From: Cyanobacteria bacterium P01_F01_bin.150
Lineage (GTDB): Bacteria; Cyanobacteriota; Cyanobacteriia; CAKZMO01
Direction: 5' to 3'
DNA: 64,000 nucleotides
Assembly: GCA_039189765.1 (NCBI GenBank)
Contig: JBCCYL010000016.1
Location: 1 to 64,000, forward strand
Positions within the stretch are counted from its first letter, which is position 1. Each line of letters starts with the position of its first letter. The notes under the pieces were generated by a model that saw only the letters and a program-made list of their open reading frames with translations, was not told the DNA's origin and did not search any database. Made by a program: the position numbers and the translations under genes. This document shows positions 1 through 8,413 of the stretch, in pieces.

Positions 1-58
1 GTGGGGGCGGTTGGCCCCCACACTACCGTTAATATTGTTTCGCGTTAAAACGAAACCC
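1..58 (+). repeat. Family-A ~80-bp MITE/REP-like hairpin element, left end cut by the window edge
   Basis: Hairpin GTGGGGGC..GCCCCCAC followed by CGTTAA..TTAAAACGAAACCC, matching the right half of the copy at 55723-55802. Confidence 0.75.
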
Positions 59-232
59 CTCATAGTTTTAATCCCACATTTAAAGAAGATTAATCTTGCC
101 CTAAGATACTCCATCTACGTTAGTAGAAACTTAATGAAGTATCTAAAGCTTTATTCTAGATACTTGGAGACATTTAGTGGCTTACGGTCGCTGGGTTCAT
201 GACATCTTATTCTGTAGGAAATTCAATAGACT

Positions 233-748
233 ATGGCACTTCTTTCTAAACTCACTTCCCAATGTCTTAAGGTTGCTGGTATCGGGGTCGCCAGTTTGCT
301 CATCGCATTACCTTTATCGGCTCAACGCGCTGGTGCCCAGAGCATTGCCGAGATTGCGGTATCAAATGAATCTTTTGATACTCTATCTGCTCTCTTGGTA
401 CGTGCAGGTTTCTTAGCAGCGTTTGATGGCACTAATGGGAAAGAATTTACTGTCTTTGCCCCCACTGATGAAGCCTTTGGCCGTCTGCCAGCGGGCACAA
501 TTGAAAGCCTCCTAGAACCTGAAAACAGAGATATCTTAAATGACGTTCTTGCTTACCATGTTATTGGTGGGACGGTTACCTCTAATCAGCTTTCTTCAGG
601 ACCTGTGGATAGTAAAAATGGATTACCTTTACAAGTCAGTGTCGGTTCACAGGTAACAGTTAATGGTGCTACTGTTAGTACTACAGATATCGCTGCAACC
701 AATGGTGTTATCCATGTAATCGATACGGTATTGATTCCACAGCGATAG
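233..748 (+). CDS. Secreted fasciclin (FAS1) domain protein
   Basis: Signal-peptide-like N-terminus; FAS1 motifs FTVFAPTDEAF, LAYHVI and NGVIHVIDTVLIP. Confidence 0.93.
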   Translation: MALLSKLTSQCLKVAGIGVASLLIALPLSAQRAGAQSIAEIAVSNESFDTLSALLVRAGFLAAFDGTNGKEFTVFAPTDEAFGRLPAGTIESLLEPENRDILNDVLAYHVIGGTVTSNQLSSGPVDSKNGLPLQVSVGSQVTVNGATVSTTDIAATNGVIHVIDTVLIPQR

Positions 749-855
749 AGTTAATTTTATAAGGGTTGCGTCTTATTCCAACCCTTACAGGATGCAAGTA
801 TATGGGTTAACTGAAAAGCGCTTACCCATAAGAAATAAAAAGGACTTGTACTTTA

Positions 856-880
856 AGGCGGCTTAAAATTTAAGCCGCCT
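856..880. terminator. Hairpin between convergent genes; overlaps a possible internally deleted family-B element (843-876)
   Basis: AGGCGGCTTAAA-A-TTTAAGCCGCCT; the preceding GACTTGTACTTTAAGGC resembles the family-B left end. Confidence 0.45.
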
Positions 881-2179
881 AAATTGTTGATAGCGGCGAG
901 AAAACGGTTAACCCATTAGGAATGCAGGTAAATTCAATTGGATTGGCTTCCAGAATTTCACCATCTACCACTAGTGTTTGAGATGGCTCTGTCGTAAGTT
1001 TAAGGCGATTGGTCCGTAGGCAGACTAAATTTCCATCGGTGACTTGAGATTTTACTAATGCAGACGCCAGCAGAGTTGCTGAGGTATTGATATCTTCCAA
1101 CAGAGTATTGGAAACAGGAATCGTAATGTCTAGCAAGCCGTCATCGGGAATAACTTCACCAAAGCCCTGGGCCATAACTGATGTTAAAGGAGCTGCATTT
1201 GCCACAGTTACGGCTCCAGTTCTAAACTCTAAAACTTGACCATCCAGCTCGATTTTGGCATTGAAATCCTCCTGGGTAAAAAATTGTTGGGCAGCGGAGA
1301 AAATATAGGCTAGGGTTCCAAATCGATTTTTTAATTCTCGATTAGCATTACTCACCATGCCAGCCTCAAATCCGGCTCCAGCCAATAGCACCATGGGAAT
1401 ATCGTTGCAGTATGCCGCATCCACCATATGAGTATTCCCAGCGGCAGTGGTTTCACATGCGCGTTTAAGATCGGTTGGTAAACCCAGCGCGACCGCAAAA
1501 GCATTGGCCGTCCCTCGGGGAATAATCCCAAATGGGATACCGGTCTCTAGGGTAACATCAGCGATCGCAGACACTGTGCCATCTCCCCCAGAAGCAATAA
1601 GACAGCCCAGTTCGTCATCATCCTGGAGCATACAAATTGCGGCAATGGCCTCTTTCGCCTGATCTATCAGATTGATATCGGGCTGGGTAAAAATGGTATA
1701 GAGATTGACCTGGGGTTCCAGGATTTGGCGAATCATGGCTAGATCCCGATCGGGATTGCCTTGGCCAGACACCGGATTAAAAATTAAGTAGGCTTCTCGT
1801 CGCTTAGCAACCCCTTGAATCGATAGCTCAGCGGTGGCAATATTGGTATAGCAAGGGGAACATCATAAAGATTACATACCCGCAGCAAAGCATGGTGATC
1901 CGACTCATGGGATTGGGGGTTAAGGGAATCCATTAAGAAGATTACGCCTGCAACCTCACCAGAGACAACGCGAGCGGCAATTTGCAATTCTCCCCCCCTG
2001 GGTACCAGAGGCGAGTCGTTCGACTGTTATGTTAATCCGGTGGCTGTTTCAATGCGTTGTCCAGTGTCATCGGTGGCAATAAGATGGTAACGAGAGAGAA
2101 TAGAACGATATTTTTGGGCAAGGGCGACAATATCGTCTTTTTTACTATCGTGGGCAATTAGAGCAACGCAGGTGGACAT
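879..2179 (-). pseudogene. Methylglyoxal-synthase-like domain fused to a YegS/BmrU-family lipid kinase; MGS part frameshifted, kinase part (879-1772) open
   Basis: ATG at 2179 gives [16 protein letters not shown] (MGS motif). Insertions at 2025-2034 (TAACA duplication, TAA at codon 51), 1992-1998 (extra G) and 1847-1850 (extra 2 nt); removing these 8 nt restores a 430-aa ORF. Kinase motifs GGDGT and GTANAFA present. Confidence 0.8.
1561..1568. repeat. HIP1 octamer GCGATCGC (example; many copies across the window)
   Basis: Highly iterated palindrome typical of cyanobacteria, seen repeatedly in coding regions. Confidence 0.9.
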
Positions 2180-2265
2180 CAGGGAGATCCTTGGTCAAGG
2201 TTTTGCAATTTAACAGTAGCTTTGGCAGGCTACACAACTCTTTTCCCCACTCTAGCGGATAAACA

Positions 2266-2345
2266 GGGGTTCGTTCTAAGGCGAACCAAAACTAACGGCA
2301 GTGGGGGCACGATGCGCCCCCACTGCCCGATTAACGTTGATACTC
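2266..2345 (-). mobile_element. Family-A MITE-like element
   Basis: Reverse complement reads GAGTATCAACGTTAATCG-hairpin-GTTAGTTTTGGTTCGCCTTAGAACGAACCCC; flanks GATAAACA / GGTAAACA. Confidence 0.7.
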
Positions 2346-2475
2346 GGTAAACAAGCAATAATGATTAGTCGAGGATTGAGCTATAGTATTGGGGCTATGT
2401 AAGCGCGTCTAACGCGACGATTGGCAGGAAAGTCTGTCACGTTAGAAATTGCGAGATACACAAAATGTTTCTTGC

Positions 2476-2568
2476 TATACTGCCAACAGCTGAGATTTGG
2501 AGGTGTGTCCTCCGCTATGCGGGGGACACACCTCATAAAAAGTCCACCACCTAGCCGTGCAGAGTATA
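2476..2568 (+). repeat. Family-C ~93-bp dispersed hairpin element (MITE-like)
   Basis: Similar to the reverse complement of 38173-38265; TATACT..AGTATA termini; central AGGTGTGTCC..GGACACACCT hairpin. Confidence 0.7.
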
Positions 2569-2592
2569 AGATGTCGGATTGAGGATGCAAGC

Positions 2593-3721
2593 ATGTTAGA
2601 TCTAACCGATCTGAAGCGTGAAATTGACGGGATAGATAAGCGCCTGGGTAAAACTCAGGAGTATCTTTGACTTACCTGCACTAAATGCAAAAATTCAAGA
2701 CTTGGAGCAAATTTCTTCACAGCCCGAGTTTTGGGATGATCAGATCACTGCCCAACGCACGCTTCAGGAACTCAACGACTTGAAAGCGCATATTGAGCAG
2801 TTGAACAATTGGGGGTCAAGTTTAGAAGATACTTCTGCCATTTTAGAACTGCTTGAAGTTGAAATGGATGAGGGCTTGTTTCAGGAAGCAGAAGAGACGA
2901 TTGCCCAACTTAATCGTGAGTTGGAGCAGTGGGAAATCCAGCAGCTCCTGTCCGGAACCTACGATAAACATGGAGCCGTATTATCGATTAATGCAGGGGC
3001 AGGAGGGACAGATGCCCAGGATTGGGCAGAAATGTTACTACGCATGTACACCCGTTGGTCAGAAAAACAAGGTTACAAGGCCCGATTGGCAGAGATCTCT
3101 GAGGGAGACGAGGCAGGGATTAAATCCGCCACATTAGAAATTGAAGGCCGCTATGCCTATGGTTACCTTAAAGTTGAGAAGGGTACTCACCGCTTGGTGC
3201 GAATCTCTCCATTTAATGCTAATGGCAAGCGACAAACTAGCTTTGCGGGGATTGAAGTTATGCCCATTTTGGACCAGTCGGTGGAAGTGGATATCCCAGA
3301 TAAGGATTTAGAAATTACTACCACTCGTTCTGGCGGAAAAGGGGGGCAAAATGTTAACAAAGTTGAGACAGCCGTTCGGATTGTTCATTTACCAACGGGT
3401 TTAGCCGTGCGCTGTACCCAGGAGCGATCGCAACTTCAAAATAAAGAGAAAGCCATGCTGCTACTCAAGGCTAAACTATTGGTCATTGCCCAAGAGCAGC
3501 GAGCGAAGGAAATTGCCGATATTCGGGGCGACATTGTAGAGGCTGCATGGGGAAACCAAATTCGCAACTATGTCTTCCACCCCTATCAGATGGTAAAAGA
3601 TCTACGAACTGGCCAGGAAACTACGGCTATTAATGATGTGATGAATGGTGAGCTGGACAATTTTATTGAAACCTGCCTAAAGCATGAAAACCAGATGTTA
3701 GAACCAACTGCGCCCGTTTAA
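2593..3721 (+). CDS. prfB: Peptide chain release factor 2, with programmed +1 frameshift
   Basis: ATG 2593 reads [14 protein letters not shown] to CTT-TGA-C (2665-2671) with internal SD AGGAG just upstream; the +1 frame continues into the ORF carrying SPF and GGQ motifs. Confidence 0.97.
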
Positions 3722-3760
3722 TACAGATGGTGCATGGATGGAAATCTAGCGGAAAAAGTC

Positions 3761-3949
3761 CTAAGGATATGGGGATTGCGATGTCCTGTTGCGCAGACAT
3801 TCATGCTGACCATAAATAATATGGGGTTGGCCATTGGCCTGAAAATCCATGCACCATGGGCGTGAGAGGAGACGGTGAGTTAAGGTTACCGTTGTGACTG
3901 ATGTGATAGCGGCGATCGCGGTCATCGAGAAAATATGGTTAATCGTCAT
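3761..3949 (-). CDS. Small hypothetical protein with a hydrophobic N-terminus and two Cys
   Basis: 62-aa ATG ORF filling an intergenic gap; AT-rich upstream region. Confidence 0.4.
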   Translation of the reverse strand: MTINHIFSMTAIAAITSVTTVTLTHRLLSRPWCMDFQANGQPHIIYGQHECLRNRTSQSPYP

Positions 3950-4025
3950 TGCCGTATTTATTGGTCTTTTAATATGAAAAAAAATTTATTGAATGAGTTA
4001 TCCCAATCATACGGAGACGGTTAGC

Positions 4026-4057
4026 TAGGGGTTCTCGCAAAAACCCCTAATTTTTTT
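4026..4057. terminator. Hairpin with T-tract
   Basis: TAGGGGTT..AACCCCTA followed by T7. Confidence 0.35.
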
Positions 4058-4122
4058 GGCGTCTATTCGGCCCCTTCACGGCTTTTATCTGTTGTTTTCA
4101 GCACAAATACTGAATCATTTTA

Positions 4123-4893
4123 TTATTCTGCTGCTGCCGTCCAAGCAGGATGTTTCATCAGAGAGGCCATAACTCTTACCCCTCTTAGCTGATTGGAGAG
4201 AGGTAGGTGACCTTTAGGAGCAGTCAAATCCCAGGTGAATTCATTGGGATACCGGGTCCAAATATTGGCACTTTTCCAGCCAATTTTAGGCCAGAGCCGA
4301 TCCCAATCTTTACGGTTGTTGAGCCATAATTCCCGCTGCACCGAAAATCCAAACCGACCTTCTGAATAAACGAGCCACAGGTGGTCAAGAAGCCGTAAAT
4401 CCCTAGCAGGGAATTGATCTACATCGGAAAAATAAAGCCATTTACGGCGAACGGCAACTGGTCCCGCCAACTCACACATTTTCTGTAAGGTAACTCGATC
4501 CGCGTCCTCATACTTCTTTTGAGCCAGTAAATGCTGAAGAGGTGAATAATCAACATCTCGAGCTGATTGCAATAGTACCAGCCCGTTTGGATAATGTGTG
4601 TTTAAAAAGTCACTAGATTGGACTGATTCAGAGCGGGTCAAGACTTGAACAATTGCCCCATCGACGGCAGTTGCAGATTTTCCTTTAGCTTGAAGCAGCT
4701 TATCCATTAACAGCCCCTCCCCAGTCTCGCCTAAAGTCGCCAGTTCCTGAATGACTTGAAACTGTTGCTTGATAGAGCCAGAGTCTAAGCGATGGCGTAA
4801 CGCTTGCATATTGTATTCAGAACCATTTTCTGCCAAGCCGCTCACCGATATGTCACTTATGGGCAAATCGCTCATCAGAATTAGACACTCCAT
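4123..4893 (-). CDS. gun4: GUN4 porphyrin-binding activator of Mg-chelatase (Ycf53)
   Basis: DYSPLQHLL..ADRVT, LWLVYSEGRFGFSVQ, APKGHLPLSNQLRG. Confidence 0.92.
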   Translation of the reverse strand: MECLILMSDLPISDISVSGLAENGSEYNMQALRHRLDSGSIKQQFQVIQELATLGETGEGLLMDKLLQAKGKSATAVDGAIVQVLTRSESVQSSDFLNTHYPNGLVLLQSARDVDYSPLQHLLAQKKYEDADRVTLQKMCELAGPVAVRRKWLYFSDVDQFPARDLRLLDHLWLVYSEGRFGFSVQRELWLNNRKDWDRLWPKIGWKSANIWTRYPNEFTWDLTAPKGHLPLSNQLRGVRVMASLMKHPAWTAAAE

Positions 4894-5018
4894 CTCAACT
4901 TATCTGAACTTAATATTAATATGCCACGCCACCTAACTAAATTAATGTCTTTTGAAGGACTTCGAGACAATCTTTGGCCAGCTTAACAATTCTAGAGTAC
5001 TGATAATGTAATCGAGTC

Positions 5019-5098
5019 GGGTATCAACTTTAGGCGGGTGTTGTGGGTGCTCTGCGTCCACAACACCATTAATCCAGTTTAGCTTCAACACGAAACCC
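5019..5098 (+). mobile_element. Family-A MITE-like element
   Basis: GGGTATCAACTTTAGGCG-GGTGTTGTGG..CCACAACACC-ATTAA..CGAAACCC. Confidence 0.7.
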
Positions 5099-5210
5099 AT
5101 TGCATGAGTAGCCAATAAGGAGCATAAGGAGCAATGATGCTAACCATTGGGTGGAATCTTTGATAACGTATACACACCGGTGATTTCCTAAGATTCCACC
5201 TGTTTTTGTA

Positions 5211-5294
5211 GGCTTATCACTTAAAGCCAGGAAGAATTTAACGGTTTTGTGGGGCGCTCCGCGTCCCACAAAACCGCCTTAAAACTGTAAAGCT
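5211..5294 (-). mobile_element. Family-B ~81-bp MITE-like element
   Basis: Similar to 11662-11742 and to the reverse complement of 14099-14179; CGGTTTTGTGGG..CCCACAAAACCG stem. Confidence 0.7.
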
Positions 5295-5295
5295 A

Positions 5296-7245
5296 TTGCG
5301 ATATTTTGCTTTAATGCACGGGCATCCTACTCCTCGCCGTCACTATCAACTCCTCGCCATCATCATGGGAGTCGCTATTATTCTCCGAGTTTGGCATTTG
5401 GGAACAAAGCCCCTATGGCTAGATGAAGTTATTGGCGCTATTTTCACTTTGGGGCGAGGGTTAGACGATGTGCCCCTTGGCATAATGTTTCCTCTCACTG
5501 AGCTTACCCAAATTTTTTCCCTACACCCCGGACTATCCTGCTCTCAGATTGCTCAGACTGTTGCGACCGAGTCGGTACATCCGCCGCTTTTCTTCTGTCT
5601 GCAATATGTTTGGATAAGTCACTGGTTGCCCATTTTGTCTGCATCAATGCCTTTTTTTCGGGATGCAGGCGGGTGGGTGTGGGTATTGCGATCGCTTCCG
5701 GCCCTTATTGGCATTGCAGAAGTTTGCTGCATATATCTGTTGGGTCGTATGGTTAAAGGCCCCCGTACAGGGCTGATAGCCGCTGCGTTGATGGCGATAT
5801 CACCATTTGCGGTGTACCTATCTCAAGAAGCTCGCCATTACACCTTGCCCATGCTGTGGACGATTTTGGGCTTGATGGCACTGGTTCGAATACAGCAGCT
5901 CATGATTAACCAGCGCGCTCTCCCCCTATGGTTGCTAGCGATTTGGATAAGCGTCAACAGTTTGGGACTATACACCCACTATTTTTTTCTGCTTGACTTT
6001 GTAGCCCAAGCAGTGGCCATAGGCGGCTGGATCATCTGGGATATTCTATGGGGAGACGGCATTCTCTCCAAATCAGGAAAACGCCTATATCAATACATTG
6101 TCCAGTTGGGCTTGAGTCTGGCGGTGGTCATCGTCAGTTATGCACCGTGGATCCCTACTCTTCTCCAGCACATTAACCGACCTGAAACAGACTGGCTAAA
6201 GCCCTATAAACCAGACTGGAGCGATCGCATCGCACCTCTGTATCAAACCATAATGGGCTGGATTCTAATGGTGATTAGTCTCCCTGTAGAATCGCAACCC
6301 TTGGCGATCGCTATCCCATCTGTTCTAATCATGGTTGTCTTTAGCATCTGGTTGGGATGGCAAATTATTCGAGGCCTTAGGCAAGCATGGAACGGACAGC
6401 GCGATCGCCCAGCAATACAGCTTTTTCTTCTTTTAATGGCAAGTCTCACGCTTCAAATGCTCGCCATTGTTTATATCCTCGATAAAGATATCACCGCTAT
6501 TCCGCGATACAACTTTATCTCCTACCCCATTGTCCTTATCCTTATTACCCTTGCCCTTACACCACAGCCAAAAGCAGAAAGCAAGGCAGAAGGCAGAAGG
6601 CAGAAGGCAGAAGAACCCACCCCTAGCCCCTCTCAGGAGGGGAACCGGAGTAGCGTAACGCTCCAACGCTCCAACTCTTCAACCCTTCAACGCCCAAACT
6701 CCCCAAAATCCAAAATCCAAAATCCAAAATCTAACATTTCCCTCCTTCTCTTCCTCAGTGGACTCAGCTCTCTGCTGGTCGTCCACGGAGTGGTCTTTCA
6801 AAAAGGCTATTTTCCGGCTCAAGTTGCCCATGATATGACGCGGGTTCCAGAAGAGTCTTTACTGGTCGCAGTCAGCTATCGTTCCCTTCAAGAGGTAGCC
6901 CTGGGTCTTAGCTTCGCCTTGGAAATTGAAAAGCGCTACCCTGTCTCTACAGACTCTACAAATAGCCATGTATCGAATATAGGCGAGGATCCTGCTTATT
7001 TTATGTTTATTGATCGCTCTAAAGGATTTGGTCCAGCGTGGCAACAGTTGGAGAATGCTCCCCATGATCAATCACTGCCGATTAATCTGTGGGCGATCGC
7101 CTCTCCTGGGATGAAAACTAAAGACTACCCTCCCACATTGGCCATTCGTCGGCCAAATAGAAAATCTAAACTACAGTGTGAAATCGATCCCGACGCTTTT
7201 TATCGCATCGGATTTCCCTATCAATTATTTCGCTGCGCTAGATAG
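5296..7245 (+). CDS. Glycosyltransferase family 39 / PMT-like membrane protein with an in-frame repeat insertion
   Basis: LWLDE, HPPLFF and SQEARHY motifs; multiple TM helices; alternative ATG at 5314. Confidence 0.85.
   Translation: MRYFALMHGHPTPRRHYQLLAIIMGVAIILRVWHLGTKPLWLDEVIGAIFTLGRGLDDVPLGIMFPLTELTQIFSLHPGLSCSQIAQTVATESVHPPLFFCLQYVWISHWLPILSASMPFFRDAGGWVWVLRSLPALIGIAEVCCIYLLGRMVKGPRTGLIAAALMAISPFAVYLSQEARHYTLPMLWTILGLMALVRIQQLMINQRALPLWLLAIWISVNSLGLYTHYFFLLDFVAQAVAIGGWIIWDILWGDGILSKSGKRLYQYIVQLGLSLAVVIVSYAPWIPTLLQHINRPETDWLKPYKPDWSDRIAPLYQTIMGWILMVISLPVESQPLAIAIPSVLIMVVFSIWLGWQIIRGLRQAWNGQRDRPAIQLFLLLMASLTLQMLAIVYILDKDITAIPRYNFISYPIVLILITLALTPQPKAESKAEGRRQKAEEPTPSPSQEGNRSSVTLQRSNSSTLQRPNSPKSKIQNPKSNISLLLFLSGLSSLLVVHGVVFQKGYFPAQVAHDMTRVPEESLLVAVSYRSLQEVALGLSFALEIEKRYPVSTDSTNSHVSNIGEDPAYFMFIDRSKGFGPAWQQLENAPHDQSLPINLWAIASPGMKTKDYPPTLAIRRPNRKSKLQCEIDPDAFYRIGFPYQLFRCAR
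6568..6732 (+). repeat. In-frame repeat insertion: (AGGCAGA)n, a 32-bp CCCCT..AGGGG hairpin repeat and (CCAAAAT)n
   Basis: Heptamer arrays are visible; the same module occurs in recJ at 9781-9842. Confidence 0.85.
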
Positions 7246-7263
7246 CTTGACAAAGCCAGGAAA

Positions 7264-8295
7264 TCATAAAGCCAGCGGATTATAAAGCCAGCCCCTTACG
7301 AAGTAATACAGAGTCCCCAAATACTCATCCAACACTCTTGTGGATAAAGTCAGCGCCTCTACGCTTGGAATCACATCGCTTAGTCTGGCCAATAAATCTC
7401 CATTCTCAGCCTGAAAGCCATAGTAATCCGTCGGTGCCGGAACAATCTTGTTATCTAAGCCCCCTAGCTCTTTGGCAAATGCTGACCGGGCTCGACGAAT
7501 TTTTAAGGCAGGCCCAACCAACATTAGGTTGTAAGGGGTTTCCGTATAGCCTAAACTATCGACTTTCTTTTTAACTTCCACTGCACTGCTATGGAGATCA
7601 GAGCCTTTGGGATCAAGAATAATATTTTCGGGTGGCACCCCAAATCTTGCCAATAGGTTAATCACATTTGAGGCAAGAATATCGTTATCTCGTTGAAGTT
7701 GGGGGCCTGGACTTACAATCACCATTGGACTGCGGCCTAACAATCGTTGGTTTTGAAAAAGTTGAGACGTATACTGGAGTCGCGATACAAAAGTATTACC
7801 CAGGCCATCATCAGATTCATTAAATTGGGTACCACCTCTGTAAGCCGGATCGGCAGGATTTAGTCCATCTCCCAACACCGCAATCATTTCCACAGGTTGG
7901 TCATTGTTAGACAATGCGGTCAACTGTTGAGCTGTTTGCTGGGTTTGGTCCGTCAACCAATAGGCCACTAAAGGAGTACTAAAAACCAATAAGATGGCGA
8001 AAGCCCACATGATTAAATTCCCATCCGGATTTTTAATTCTCTCCTCGCCCTTAAAAAGAGCGATCCCCATCAGTAAAATAGACAGCCCCAGCGGTTTAAA
8101 TGGCAGAGATAACACTCCCCATACAGTTCCTACAAATGGATCTGCTGGATTTTGGAAAATTAACGCAAGCAACACCACCACTGCGACCCCGCCAAAAACC
8201 GTGAGGTATTCCTTGGGAATCAGTTCCTTGACGATGTACCAGACCAGAGTGACCAGAAAGACGAGTAAGAGCAGACGGGTAATAAGTTCAGGCAT
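7264..8295 (-). CDS. YdcF/DUF218 family membrane protein
   Basis: N-terminal TM helices; IAVLG, GVPPENIILD, VPAPTDY and EYLG..YY motifs. Confidence 0.75.
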   Translation of the reverse strand: MPELITRLLLLVFLVTLVWYIVKELIPKEYLTVFGGVAVVVLLALIFQNPADPFVGTVWGVLSLPFKPLGLSILLMGIALFKGEERIKNPDGNLIMWAFAILLVFSTPLVAYWLTDQTQQTAQQLTALSNNDQPVEMIAVLGDGLNPADPAYRGGTQFNESDDGLGNTFVSRLQYTSQLFQNQRLLGRSPMVIVSPGPQLQRDNDILASNVINLLARFGVPPENIILDPKGSDLHSSAVEVKKKVDSLGYTETPYNLMLVGPALKIRRARSAFAKELGGLDNKIVPAPTDYYGFQAENGDLLARLSDVIPSVEALTLSTRVLDEYLGTLYYFVRGWLYNPLAL

Positions 8296-8413
8296 AGTAG
8301 CTGATATTTAAAAATCATCCAGAACAACCAAGGGATGCTCCAGTCTAAGAGATTATCATTGAATTTTGGCTCATAACTCAGGAATCAAAATTTAATAAAT
8401 TTTTAAAGGTACG

